Assembly: GCA_002255565.1 (NCBI GenBank)
Contig: NCBE01000004.1
Location: 1 to 43,408 of the forward strand
Reading direction: 5' to 3'
DNA length: 43,408 nt
Origin: Actinobacteria bacterium 21-73-9
GTDB lineage: Bacteria > Actinomycetota > Acidimicrobiia > Acidimicrobiales > RAAP-2
Part shown: positions 26,133 through 35,275 of the stretch, in pieces
Position numbering within the stretch: the stretch's first letter is position 1
Layout of the letters: each line of letters opens with the position of its first letter
Position numbers and translations under genes: made by a program
The notes under the pieces: generated by a model
Databases searched by the model: none
The model's input: only the letters and a program-made list of their open reading frames with translations
Told to the model about the DNA's origin: nothing

Positions 26133-27367
26133 GCCGCCGAGACCAGCCGGTGCTGGCGCTCGAGGCGTCGTCGCGCGACGAGCCCGATCAGCGCCGCCAC
26201 GACGCACGCGGCCGCGCCCGTCGCGAGGCCGACGCGCCCGCCGACGGTGTTGGTGATCCACCCCACCAACGGCCCGCCGATCGGCGTCGAGCCCATGAAG
26301 GCCACCGCCCACAGGGCCATGACCCGCCCGCGCATCTGGGGGTCGGTGCCCAGCTGGAGGGTGGAGTTGGCGATCGAGAGGAACGACACCGAGGTGAAGC
26401 CCACCAGCACGAGGGCGACGAGCTCGAGGGCGAGGCTCGGGGCGAGCGTCGCGAAGACCATCGCCACGCCGAAGAGCGCCGCCGTGCGCACCAGCGCCAT
26501 GAGCCCGGTCCGTCCCCGCGCCGCCGTGAAGAGGCCGCCGACGACCGCGCCCACGCCCATCACCGCCATGAGGGTGCCGTAGACGGTGGAGTGGCCGTGG
26601 AAGACCCGCTCGGCCACGACCGGCAGGGTGACCTGGAACTCGTAGGTGAGCATCCCCACGAGCCCCATCATCACGAGGGGCACGGCGAGGGTCGGGGTGT
26701 GGCGCACGTAGTTCAGCCCCTCGCGCAGCTGGCCCCGGGCCCGCTCGGTGCGCGGCGCGGGCATGAGCGTCGAGAAGTCCATCGCCATCAGCGAGGCCAC
26801 CACCGCCACGAAGCTGACGGCGTTGAGGGCGAAGCACCACCCCTCGCCCACCGCGGCGATCAGGATCCCGGCGGCGGCCGGGCCGACCACCCGGGCGACG
26901 TTGTTCATCGTCGAGTTCAGGCTGACCGCGTTGCGCAGGTCCTTGGGCCCGACCATCTCGAGGATGAACGACTGGCGTGACGGGTTCTCGAAGGCGTTGT
27001 TGAGCCCGAGGATCACCGCCAGCACGCACACGTCGGCGAAGGTGACCCGATGCGTCAGGCTCAGGACCGCCAGGGCGGCGGCCTGCAGCCCCATGAGGGA
27101 CTGCAGGATCACCATGAGCCGGCGCTTGTCGACCCGGTCGGCGACCACCCCGCCGTAGGGGCCGAGCAGCAGGACCGGCAGCGTCTGGAGCGCCACCACC
27201 CAGCCGATGGCCGTCGCCGAGTGGGTGAGGGTGAAGACGAGCCACGACTGGGCCGTCGTCTGCATCCAGGTCCCCACGAGGCTCGTCGTCTGGCCGAAGA
27301 AGTACTTGCGGTAGTTGGGGTTCGAGAGCGACGAGAAGGTCCGCCGCGCGGAGGCCTGGACGTTCAT
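26129..27367 (-). CDS. MFS transporter (H+ antiporter-3/DUF894-like)
   Basis: NYRKYFFGQ..SLVGTWMQ, GVVADRVDKRR, NAVSLNS, MRGRVMAL. Start overlaps the marR stop. Confidence 0.92.
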   Translation of the reverse strand: MNVQASARRTFSSLSNPNYRKYFFGQTTSLVGTWMQTTAQSWLVFTLTHSATAIGWVVALQTLPVLLLGPYGGVVADRVDKRRLMVILQSLMGLQAAALAVLSLTHRVTFADVCVLAVILGLNNAFENPSRQSFILEMVGPKDLRNAVSLNSTMNNVARVVGPAAAGILIAAVGEGWCFALNAVSFVAVVASLMAMDFSTLMPAPRTERARGQLREGLNYVRHTPTLAVPLVMMGLVGMLTYEFQVTLPVVAERVFHGHSTVYGTLMAVMGVGAVVGGLFTAARGRTGLMALVRTAALFGVAMVFATLAPSLALELVALVLVGFTSVSFLSIANSTLQLGTDPQMRGRVMALWAVAFMGSTPIGGPLVGWITNTVGGRVGLATGAAACVVAALIGLVARRRLERQHRLVSAA

Positions 27368-27810
27368 CGCCCCTCGCGCAGGGTCTCGACGACCGCCTCG
27401 AGCGCGGGGAGGGCCTCGATCAGGCGACGCTGCTGGGTGGCGGTGAGGGCCTCGAAGGCGCGCGCGAGGGCGTCGGTGCGCTCGTCGCGCATGGCCTGGA
27501 CGAGCCGGCGTCCCCGCGCGGTGGGTGAGACCCGCACCACTCGGGCGTCCTGCTCGCCGGCCGCCCGCTCGACCAGGCCCTCGGCCTCGAGCTTGGCGAC
27601 GATGCGCGAGACCATGGTGGGGTTGAGCCCCTCGCTCGCCGCGAGGTCGCCCGAGCCGATCTCGCCGGCTCGGGCGACGGCCCAGAGGACCTCGCGCTGG
27701 CTGGGGGAGAGGTCGGTGTCGGGGTGGGTGAGACGAAGGTACCGGTTGAGCCGACCGAGCGCCGTGCGCAGCCGCTCGGCCACCTGGGTGCGGGTCAGGG
27801 TCTCGGCCAC
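27364..27810 (-). CDS. MarR family transcriptional regulator
   Basis: LRTALGRL, LSPSQREVL, LAASEGLNPTMVSRIVAKLE, DAR. TAGGCT -10 box 6 nt upstream. Confidence 0.9.
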   Translation of the reverse strand: MAETLTRTQVAERLRTALGRLNRYLRLTHPDTDLSPSQREVLWAVARAGEIGSGDLAASEGLNPTMVSRIVAKLEAEGLVERAAGEQDARVVRVSPTARGRRLVQAMRDERTDALARAFEALTATQQRRLIEALPALEAVVETLREGR

Positions 27811-27826
27811 GGCCCCAGCCTAGGGG

Positions 27827-27849
27827 TAGTTGCCTGCCGGCAAGCATCT
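27827..27849. promoter_or_regulatory. Imperfect palindromic operator (probable MarR site)
   Basis: TAGTTGCCTGCCGGCAAGCATCT; 17/23 identical to 15480-15502; lies just upstream of the marR -10 box. Confidence 0.65.
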
Positions 27850-27890
27850 GAGGGGCCCGGAGGCGGACACCGTGGGGTAGGGTGCCCGGC

Positions 27891-28259
27891 GTGGACGCGC
27901 CGGTGCGCTGGGGGGCGGTGGCGCTCGACTGCGCCGACCCCGCCGAGCTCGGGGCCTTCTGGGCGGGGGTCCTGGGGGGCGAGGTGGCCTTCGCCAGCGA
28001 GGGCTTCGTCGCCGTCTCGGCCCCGGGCGCGTGGCTGACCGCCCAGCGGGTCGAGGGGTACCGCCCACCGTCGTGGCCCGACGGGGACCGGCCCAAACAG
28101 GTCCACCTCGACCTCGCGGTCGACGACCTCGAGGCCGGGGAGGCTCACGTGCTCGGCCGGGGCGCGACCCGCGCGGCGCACCAGCCCGCGCCCGATCGCT
28201 TTCGCGTCTACCTCGACCCGGCGGGCCACCCCTTCTGCCTCACGACGCTGATTCCCTAG
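27891..28259 (+). CDS. VOC/glyoxalase-like family protein (paralog of 4722-5108)
   Basis: VALDCADPAELGAFW, QRV..Y.PPSWP, VHLDLAVDDLEAGEA, DPAGHPFCL. Confidence 0.9.
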   Translation: MDAPVRWGAVALDCADPAELGAFWAGVLGGEVAFASEGFVAVSAPGAWLTAQRVEGYRPPSWPDGDRPKQVHLDLAVDDLEAGEAHVLGRGATRAAHQPAPDRFRVYLDPAGHPFCLTTLIP

Positions 28260-28848
28260 CCCGGCGCCCCGCGAGCCGGCGATCCGGGACGATCCACATC
28301 GCCGAGACGGCCGCCGCGCACGCGTACATGAGGTAGGGCGTCACGAAGGACAGCCCGATGCCCGCGAGGTAGAAGATGATCGAGAGGAGCCCCTTCACGT
28401 CGACGCCGAGGGCGCGCACCAGCTGGCCGTCGTGGTGGTTGGCGCGCAGCAGGGCTCGTACGAGGACGTAGTACGTGACGGCCGCTCCCGCCGCGACGAA
28501 TCCGTAGGCCACGGCCGGAGCGGTCTCGCGGTAGGCGTCGGCGACCCACTGGGTGGCGAAGGGGACGAGCGAGAGCCAGAAGAGCAGGACGAGGTTGGCC
28601 CACATCACGGCGCCGGAGATGGACTCGACCACCCGCATCAGGTGGTGGTGGTTCACCCAGTAGATGGCGATGGAGGTGAAGCTCAGGACGTAGACGAGCA
28701 GGTTGGGCAGGCGGTGGTCGATCTCGGTCCAGGACACTCCCGCCGGCGGGCGCAACTCGAGGGCCATGAGGGTGATGATCACGGCCATGACGCCGTCGCT
28801 GAACGACTCGAGGCGCTTGGTCGAGATGGCCTCGTGGTCGCCTTCCAT
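28240..28848 (-). CDS. TMEM175-family potassium channel (DUF1211)
   Basis: RLESFSDGVMAVIITLM signature, YVLSF..I.IYWVNHH, NL.LLFWLSLVPF. Confidence 0.92.
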   Translation of the reverse strand: MEGDHEAISTKRLESFSDGVMAVIITLMALELRPPAGVSWTEIDHRLPNLLVYVLSFTSIAIYWVNHHHLMRVVESISGAVMWANLVLLFWLSLVPFATQWVADAYRETAPAVAYGFVAAGAAVTYYVLVRALLRANHHDGQLVRALGVDVKGLLSIIFYLAGIGLSFVTPYLMYACAAAVSAMWIVPDRRLAGRRARESAS

Positions 28849-28883
28849 CGGCTGCAGTGTAGGGACTCGCCCGCGCCGGGCGA

Positions 28884-29405
28884 CTAGCCCATCGTGCGGG
28901 CCAGGTCCTCGCGGACGTCGCCGAGGTGGTGCTCGCACTCGTGCACGGCCTGGGCGCCCAGCCAGGCCACGCTCACCGGCTCGTCGCGCCCGGGGAAGAG
29001 GAGGGTGCGGCCCTCGAGACCAGTGGGGACGCACGTGACGGTGCGCCCGAAGAGCGCGGCGAGCGCGCGCAGCTCGGTCGCGACGGCCTCGAGCGTGTCG
29101 CGGGCGTAGAAGCCGAGGTCGACCCGCTCGTCGCGGAACATGCTCGGGGAGATCGCGATCTCGGGCGAGGCGCAGGCGAGCAGGACCCGCTCGCGCAGCG
29201 AGACGAGGACGTCGCGCACGTGGCCGCCGTACTCGAGGGCCGACCATCGCTCGGGCGCCATCCGCTCGGTCACCCGGGGCCCCATCGCCGAGAGGGTCGC
29301 GATGATCTCCTCGGTCGCGCCGCGTACGCGGTCGGGGACCTCGGCGAGGGTGACGGCGCTCCAGCGGAACCCGCAGACCGGGCAGCGCTCGTCGTAGGGC
29401 GACAC
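28884..29405 (-). CDS. DinB-family protein
   Basis: CPVCGF, WSALEYGGHVRD, AVHECEHHLGD (His metal triad). Confidence 0.88.
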   Translation of the reverse strand: MSPYDERCPVCGFRWSAVTLAEVPDRVRGATEEIIATLSAMGPRVTERMAPERWSALEYGGHVRDVLVSLRERVLLACASPEIAISPSMFRDERVDLGFYARDTLEAVATELRALAALFGRTVTCVPTGLEGRTLLFPGRDEPVSVAWLGAQAVHECEHHLGDVREDLARTMG

Positions 29406-29407
29406 GG

Positions 29408-30187
29408 CTACTTGCCGAAGCGCCGCTCGCGCCGGGTGAAGTCGCGCAGGGCGCGCAGGAGGTCGACCTTGCGGAAGGCGGGCCAGTAGGGGTCGACGAA
29501 GGCGAACTCGGCGAAGGCCGACTGCCAGAGCAGGAAGCCCGAGAGCCGGGACTCCCCGCTGGTGCGGATGACGAGGTCGGTGTCGGGCAGGTCGGCGGCG
29601 TACAGGTTGCGCGCGAGGCCCTCGGCGTCGATCCGCTCGGGCAGGTCCTCGGGGGCGACCCCCTCGGCGACGAGGTCGGCGACAAGGGAGCGCGCCGCGT
29701 CGACGACCTCCTGACGACCGCCGTAGCAGAGCGCGATGTTGACGGTCATGGTCGGCGCGGCGATCCCGTCCGTCTGGTCGGCCGCCGCCTTCGCGGCGAG
29801 CGCGAGGTCCGGGGGCAGGAGGTCGAGGCTCCCGCTGACCGTGAGGGTGAAGTGCAGCCGTTGGGCGACCCGCGGCAGTCGGTGGAACAGGTCGGTGAGG
29901 ACCTCGAAGTACGGGTCGAGCTCGGCCGCGGGCCGCGCGAGGTTCTCGGTCGAGAGGACCCAGGCGGTGACGGCCCCGATGCCGAGCTCGGCGCACCACT
30001 CGATGAGCTCCTCGAGCTTGCGCATGCCGGCCTCGTAGCTGGCCCGGTACTCGCCGTCGGTCATCTCGCGCGCGAAGCGCCGGTGACCGTCGGCGATCAC
30101 GCCCACGTGGCGCGGCAGCCGCTCGGCGGGCAGGGTGGCGACGAGGCGGCGCTCGTAGTAGTGGTAGGCGGTCCGCCGTAGGGCCAT
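29408..30187 (-). CDS. cis-prenyltransferase (UppS family, short-chain Z-isoprenyl type likely)
   Basis: PRHVGVIADGHRRFA, LSTENL.R, YGGRQE, DLVIRTSGE.RLSGFLLWQ, RERRFG. Confidence 0.92.
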   Translation of the reverse strand: MALRRTAYHYYERRLVATLPAERLPRHVGVIADGHRRFAREMTDGEYRASYEAGMRKLEELIEWCAELGIGAVTAWVLSTENLARPAAELDPYFEVLTDLFHRLPRVAQRLHFTLTVSGSLDLLPPDLALAAKAAADQTDGIAAPTMTVNIALCYGGRQEVVDAARSLVADLVAEGVAPEDLPERIDAEGLARNLYAADLPDTDLVIRTSGESRLSGFLLWQSAFAEFAFVDPYWPAFRKVDLLRALRDFTRRERRFGK

Positions 30188-30297
30188 ACACACTCCGAGG
30201 TCTCAGGCTCCAGGCCAATGTACTCGCCCCCTTCGGTCACCGGCCGTACCCGTGACAGGCTCGAGGTAGGGTCCGCCTAGGGAGTTGAGGGGGTCCC

Positions 30298-30861
30298 GTG
30301 GCCGAGGTCGTTGTCTTCCATCACGCACTGGGCCTCACGCCCGGCGTCGCCCAGTTCGCCCAGGGATGGCGGGACGAGGGGCACGTCGTGCACGTCCCCG
30401 ACCTCTACGAGGGGCGCACGTTCAGCGACCTCGACGAGGCGGTCGAGTTCGTGGACGCGATGGGCATCCCCCACTGGATCGCTGCGGCCACGACCGCGGC
30501 CGCGCAGCACCCGACGGCCACGGCCTTCGCCGGCTTCTCGCTGGGGTCGGCGTGCGCGCAGTACGTCGCCCAGACCACCCTTGGGGCCCGCGCGGCCCTG
30601 CTCTTCCACGGGGCGCTCTCGCTCGCGACGATCGAGCGGGCCTGGCCCGAGGGGCTCCGACTCCAGGTGCACACTGCCGAGGCGGACCCCTGGGTCGAGA
30701 TGGACGAGACGCAGAGCCTGATCGAGTCGGTCGACGACGCCGAGCTCTTCCTCTACCCGGGGAGCCGCCACCTCTTCTGCGACCCGTCGTGGAGCGACTA
30801 CGACGAGCCGAGTGCCCGGCTGCTCAACGAGCGGGCCCTCACCCTGCTCGCCCGCCTCTAG
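30298..30861 (+). CDS. Dienelactone hydrolase family protein
   Basis: FHHALGLTPG, VPDLYEG, GFSLG, DPW, YPG..HLF. Confidence 0.9.
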   Translation: MAEVVVFHHALGLTPGVAQFAQGWRDEGHVVHVPDLYEGRTFSDLDEAVEFVDAMGIPHWIAAATTAAAQHPTATAFAGFSLGSACAQYVAQTTLGARAALLFHGALSLATIERAWPEGLRLQVHTAEADPWVEMDETQSLIESVDDAELFLYPGSRHLFCDPSWSDYDEPSARLLNERALTLLARL

Positions 30862-30921
30862 CGGGCCCCGCCCGTCGCGGCACGGTTCGCTAGAGTCGCA
30901 CCGTTGCGGCTGGGAGGTCTC

Positions 30922-31521
30922 GTGACGGACGTCGAATCCACTCACGTGGCGAGCGACCTCGCCCCCCGGGCCGCGATCCAGGTCGTGCCGCTCCGGGCGC
31001 TCCCGGTGAGTGCCCTCGTCGTCGTCTTCGTCGCCCTCTCGATCGGCGAGAACTGGAAGTGGGGGCTCGTCTTCTGCCACGTCGCCGGCGGAGGGCTGTG
31101 GACGGCCGTCGACCTCTTCGTCGGCCTCGTCGTGGGCCCCATCCTCGGTCGGCTCTCGATCCCGGCCCGAGCCGAGTTCTCGGCGCGCTTCATGCCCAAG
31201 ATGGTCGTCTTGATGCCGACGATCGTTCTCATGACGCTCGCGACGGGCTTCCAGATTGCGGGCAGCCAGGGCAACCTCGCGGCGGGGAGCCCCAACCACG
31301 CGTGGCTCATCGCGTCGTTCATCGTCGTAGGAGTCATGGCCGTCATCGCCCTCGGGATCCTCGAGCCGGCGAACATCGCCGTCTTGATGGAGATGAACAA
31401 GCCCCGACCCAACGGCGAGCTCATCGGGCGGCTCATGCGGCGTTTCGTCTACACCGCCGGCGTCACCGGGGTCATGCAGGTCGCGACCCTCGTGATCATG
31501 ACCCGGGTGGCGTCGCGATGA
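30922..31521 (+). CDS. Multi-pass membrane protein of unknown function
   Basis: GGAGG RBS, about 5 hydrophobic helices, HVAGGGLWT..D motif. Confidence 0.78.
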   Translation: MTDVESTHVASDLAPRAAIQVVPLRALPVSALVVVFVALSIGENWKWGLVFCHVAGGGLWTAVDLFVGLVVGPILGRLSIPARAEFSARFMPKMVVLMPTIVLMTLATGFQIAGSQGNLAAGSPNHAWLIASFIVVGVMAVIALGILEPANIAVLMEMNKPRPNGELIGRLMRRFVYTAGVTGVMQVATLVIMTRVASR

Positions 31522-31922
31522 CCGCGTCGTTCAACCCCGAGCGGTCGACGCCCCCGGTGGCGTGGCTCTCGACGACCGCCCTCGGGTGCGTCATCGTGGG
31601 CGGGATCCTCATCGCCTCCTACGCCCCGCGCCCCGCGCCGCTCGTCGTTCCGACCGCCCTCACGGTCCTCGCCTACGTGCTGATGGTGACGGCCCTCGTC
31701 CTCTTGAGCCGGATCGCGGGCTTCGCGTGGTCGACCTTCGGGCGCATCTTTCGCTGGGCCCTGCTCGCCTACGCCGTCATGTCGGGGATGATCGAGTTCG
31801 CCTTCATCCACGACCACACGCGGGGGACGACCCTCACCGAGGTGACCTTGATGCTCGTCATCTTCGCGCTGAGCGTGCCCACGACGATCGCCTTCACCTC
31901 CGCTCGCTACGCCGACGCCTAG
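31518..31922 (+). CDS. Four-TM membrane protein of unknown function
   Basis: ATGA coupling with the upstream gene; four hydrophobic segments. Confidence 0.78.
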   Translation: MTASFNPERSTPPVAWLSTTALGCVIVGGILIASYAPRPAPLVVPTALTVLAYVLMVTALVLLSRIAGFAWSTFGRIFRWALLAYAVMSGMIEFAFIHDHTRGTTLTEVTLMLVIFALSVPTTIAFTSARYADA

Positions 31923-31942
31923 GTCGCGCCGAGCATCGCGTG

Positions 31943-32491
31943 GTGACGACCGACGACGCGGGGGGCCGGGATCGACGGACCTCGCCCGCTGAGACGATCC
32001 GCCGGATCGAGGACGACGAGTGGCCGATGGTGGCGTGGCTCTTCCAGCTCTTCCGTCACGACCTGGCCCTGGTGGTGCACGGGCTGCCCTACGAGGACGG
32101 CCGCTACGCGCACCGGCCGCTCGACGTCTACCCGTCGCCCGACCACCTCGGCTACGTCGCCTGGCGGGACCACCCCCGCACCGGTCGGCCGGCGCCCGTC
32201 GGCTTCGCGCTCTGCGAGCGCCGGGACCCCGCGACCTGGACGGTGGACGCGTTCTGGGTCTCGCCGCTCACTCGTCGTGAGGGGGTCGGCCACCGCCTCG
32301 CTCTCCACGCCCTCTCGCGCCACGGCGGGGGCTGGGTGATCGCCTTCCAGCACGAGAACCCGTCGGCCGGAGCCTTCTGGCGGCGCGTGGCCGACGACGC
32401 GTTCGGTGCGGGGCGCTGGATCGAGCGGCGCCGGCCGGTCCCCCAACGTCCCGACGTGCCGGCCGACCACGAGATCGTGGCCGTTCGCTGA
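31943..32491 (+). CDS. GNAT family N-acetyltransferase
   Basis: LFQLFRHDL, PVGFAL, FWVSP..RREGVG, N..A.AFWRRV. Confidence 0.82.
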   Translation: MTTDDAGGRDRRTSPAETIRRIEDDEWPMVAWLFQLFRHDLALVVHGLPYEDGRYAHRPLDVYPSPDHLGYVAWRDHPRTGRPAPVGFALCERRDPATWTVDAFWVSPLTRREGVGHRLALHALSRHGGGWVIAFQHENPSAGAFWRRVADDAFGAGRWIERRRPVPQRPDVPADHEIVAVR

Positions 32492-32497
32492 GTTCCC

Positions 32498-33967
32498 CTA
32501 GGCGCCGGTGAGGGCCTCGCGCGCGATGCCCGCGACGAGGCCGGGGAAGACGAAGCGGTGGAAGGGCTCCACCGCGTACCAGTAGAGCCGCCCGAGCAGC
32601 CCGCGAGGGTAGAAGGTCGCGGTCTGGGTCAGGGTCGATCCGCCCGAGGTGGTCGGGGCGACCTCGAAGGTGAGGTGGGCCGAGCCGGGCAGGCGCATCT
32701 CGGCGCGCAGCGCGAGCCGTCGGGGCGCCTCGAGGGCCTCGACGCGCCAGAAGTCGAGGGGCGCGCCCACCTGGAGGCGCGCCGGGCGACCCCGGCGCAT
32801 CCCGGGCCCGCCCACCAGGGCGTCGAGGAGGCCACGCAGGCGCCACAGGGCGTCTCCGGCGTGCCACCCGGTCGCCCCGCCCAGCGCGGTGACGGCGGCG
32901 AAGACGCGCTCGGGGCTCGCCGCCACCGTCGTGGAGCGCACGTCACGCAGCACCGTCCCCCCGGCCCAGTCGGGGTCCGTCGACTGGGCCGAGAAGACGG
33001 CGTAGTCCGCGTCGGCGAACGTCGTGGGCGCACCGCCCTCGCGCGTGACTCGTAGCGCTCTCGCGACCGACTCGTCGAAGCCGAGCGGCGGGCGCCCCAG
33101 GAGGGTCTCGGTCGCGAGGGCGGACGGCGAGACCACGACCTCGTTGATGAGCGACTCCACCAGCTCGGCGGCGAGGGGGACCGGCACCGGGGTGACCAGT
33201 CCGACCCAGTGGCTCGAGAGCCTCGGGCTAAGGAATGGCACGCGGATGAGCCGTCGCTCGGGCAGGCCCGCGACGCGCGCGTAGCGCCGCATCATCTCGG
33301 CGTAGGTGAGCACGTCGGGACCCCCCACCTCGTAGACGCCGGGGGCGAGGCGCGGGTCGAGCACCGCCCGCACCAAGAGGTCGCGGACGTCGGAGACGGC
33401 GAGGGGCTGACAGCGCGTTGAGACCCACCGGGGCGTGACCATGACCGGGAGCACGTCGACGAGGTAGCGCAGCATCTCGAAGCTCGCCGAGCCCGAGCCG
33501 ATCACGACTCCCGCCCGCAGCTCGACGGTCGGGACCCCCGAGGCGGCGAGGACACGCCCGACCGCGTGGCGGCTCGCGAGGTGGGCACTCAGTCGGTCGG
33601 TGTCTCGTCCGAGGCCGCCCAGATAGACGATGCGCGAGACCCCGGCGCGCCGCGCCGCGCGCGCGAAGTTCTCCGCGTGGCGGCGCTCCGTGGTCGCCCA
33701 CTCCGGGCCTTCGCCGATGGAGTGCACGAGGTAGACCGCGACGTCCACGTCCGCCATAGCGGGGCCGAGGTCGCCGTCGAGCGACCCGGGCGCAACCTCG
33801 ACCCGGTCGGACCACGGGGCGGGGGCGAGCTTCGCGGGCGTGCGCGCGAGGACCCGGACGCTGGCGCCGCGCTCGAGCAGCGCCGGCGCGAGACGCCCGC
33901 CGACGTAGCCGGTGGCGCCCGTCACGAGGACGCGGGGTGGGCGGGCTGACTCGACGGGACTGGTCAC
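32498..33967 (-). CDS. NAD(P)-binding SDR-like oxidoreductase with C-terminal DUF2867 (YbjT-like)
   Basis: LVTGATGYVGG, YLVHS, IVYLGGL, IGSGSASFEM, LDFWRV, AEMRLPG, GLLGRLYW. Confidence 0.92.
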   Translation of the reverse strand: MTSPVESARPPRVLVTGATGYVGGRLAPALLERGASVRVLARTPAKLAPAPWSDRVEVAPGSLDGDLGPAMADVDVAVYLVHSIGEGPEWATTERRHAENFARAARRAGVSRIVYLGGLGRDTDRLSAHLASRHAVGRVLAASGVPTVELRAGVVIGSGSASFEMLRYLVDVLPVMVTPRWVSTRCQPLAVSDVRDLLVRAVLDPRLAPGVYEVGGPDVLTYAEMMRRYARVAGLPERRLIRVPFLSPRLSSHWVGLVTPVPVPLAAELVESLINEVVVSPSALATETLLGRPPLGFDESVARALRVTREGGAPTTFADADYAVFSAQSTDPDWAGGTVLRDVRSTTVAASPERVFAAVTALGGATGWHAGDALWRLRGLLDALVGGPGMRRGRPARLQVGAPLDFWRVEALEAPRRLALRAEMRLPGSAHLTFEVAPTTSGGSTLTQTATFYPRGLLGRLYWYAVEPFHRFVFPGLVAGIAREALTGA

Positions 33968-34012
33968 GGTGGCTCCGCCTCGCACGCTAGGGGGGCGTCC
34001 GCCCCGCCGGGC

Positions 34013-34043
34013 GGGACGAAGGTCCACTCGGGACCAAAGTCGC
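34013..34043. promoter_or_regulatory. Tandem DosR-type boxes in a divergent promoter
   Basis: GGGAC-GAAG-GTCCA (34013-34026) and GGGAC-CAAA-GTCGC (34030-34043), upstream of TAGGGT -10 box and the radical SAM gene. Confidence 0.6.
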
Positions 34044-34081
34044 TAGTGGCGGGACCGCCTCGGCCCGTAGGGTCGCTGGAC

Positions 34082-35275
34082 GTGACCGACGACCCACGAC
34101 GTGGCGGGGGCGCTCCGGGGCCGGCGCACCGGGCCCTCTCCTTCGACCGCCGTCCCCTCCTCGTCTTCTGGGAGACGACCAAGGCCTGCCCGCTGGCCTG
34201 TCGCCACTGCCGCGCCGACGCGCAGTTGTCCGGGGGGCCCGACGAACTGACGACGGCCGAGGGCTTCGCCCTCATCGACGACCTGGCGACCCTCGGCAGC
34301 CCGCGGCCGATCCTGGTCCTCACCGGTGGGGACTGCCTCATGCGCGACGACCTCGTCGAGCTGGCCCGTCACGCCCACGAGGCCCACCTCCCGGTCGCGG
34401 TCGCCCCCTCGGTCTCTCCACGGCTCTCGCCAGAGACCCTGCGCGCGCTGCGCGAGGTCGGGGTGAAGAGCGCCTCATTGAGCCTCGACGGCGCCGGACC
34501 CGGGTCGCACGACACACTCCGGGGGATCGACGGGCACTTCGAGGCGACCCTGGAGGCGATCGACCTCCTCGTCGCGCACGGCTTCTCGACTCAGGTGAAC
34601 ACGACGGTCATGCCCTCGAACCTCGAGGAGCTCGCCGACGTGGCCGCGACCGTCGCCGAGCGCGGCGCCGACGTCTGGGAGGTCTTCTTTCTCATCACGA
34701 CCGGTCGCGGATCGGCCATCGCCTCGACGACACCCCGGGAGAACGAAGACGTATGCCGGTTCCTCGTGGACGCCTCGCGCTACGGGGTCACGGTGCGCAC
34801 CGTCGAGGCGCCCTTCTTTCGCCGGGTCGCCCTGGAGGGACCGGGCGACGCGGTGGAGAACGGCGGGCCGCTCTACCGTCGCCTGTCGGCGCGCCTCGCC
34901 GAGCTCCTCGGGCCGCCTCGCGCCGCCCCGCGCGCGCCGAGCGCCGCGACGCGCGACGGCAAGGGGATCGTCTTTGTCGGGGCGAACGGCGACGTCTACC
35001 CCTCAGGCTTTCTGCCCCTCGCGCTCGGCAACGTGAGAGTCACGAGCCTCACCGAGATCTACCAACGCCACCCGCTGCTCCGGTCGATCCGGGCGGCCGA
35101 GTTCTCCGGACCGTGCGGACGGTGCGTCCACGCCAACCTCTGCGGCGGCTCGCGCAGCCGGGCCTTCGCCACCTCCGGGGACCCGCTCGCCTCGGACCCC
35201 GGGTGTCTGCTCGTCGCCGAGCCCCTCGTCGCCCCCGGGGCGCGGGTCAGCCCCGCTCGACTCGTCGTCCGCTGA
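34082..35275 (+). CDS. Radical SAM/SPASM protein (TIGR04053-like; AhbD/NirJ-related)
   Basis: VFWETTKACPLACRHCRA (CxxxCxxC), LTGGD, SLDG, RDGKGIVFV...G.VYPSGFLP, CGRC....LCGGSR.RA.....DP...DPGC. Confidence 0.9.
   Translation: MTDDPRRGGGAPGPAHRALSFDRRPLLVFWETTKACPLACRHCRADAQLSGGPDELTTAEGFALIDDLATLGSPRPILVLTGGDCLMRDDLVELARHAHEAHLPVAVAPSVSPRLSPETLRALREVGVKSASLSLDGAGPGSHDTLRGIDGHFEATLEAIDLLVAHGFSTQVNTTVMPSNLEELADVAATVAERGADVWEVFFLITTGRGSAIASTTPRENEDVCRFLVDASRYGVTVRTVEAPFFRRVALEGPGDAVENGGPLYRRLSARLAELLGPPRAAPRAPSAATRDGKGIVFVGANGDVYPSGFLPLALGNVRVTSLTEIYQRHPLLRSIRAAEFSGPCGRCVHANLCGGSRSRAFATSGDPLASDPGCLLVAEPLVAPGARVSPARLVVR

Noticed and set aside
24585-27245. 886-aa minus-strand ORF and many similar long Arg/Pro/Gly-rich ORFs (e.g. 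5328-7409, 8399-10168, 13790-15490)
   Set aside because: Shadow frames of real genes, expected at very high GC; no family motifs.
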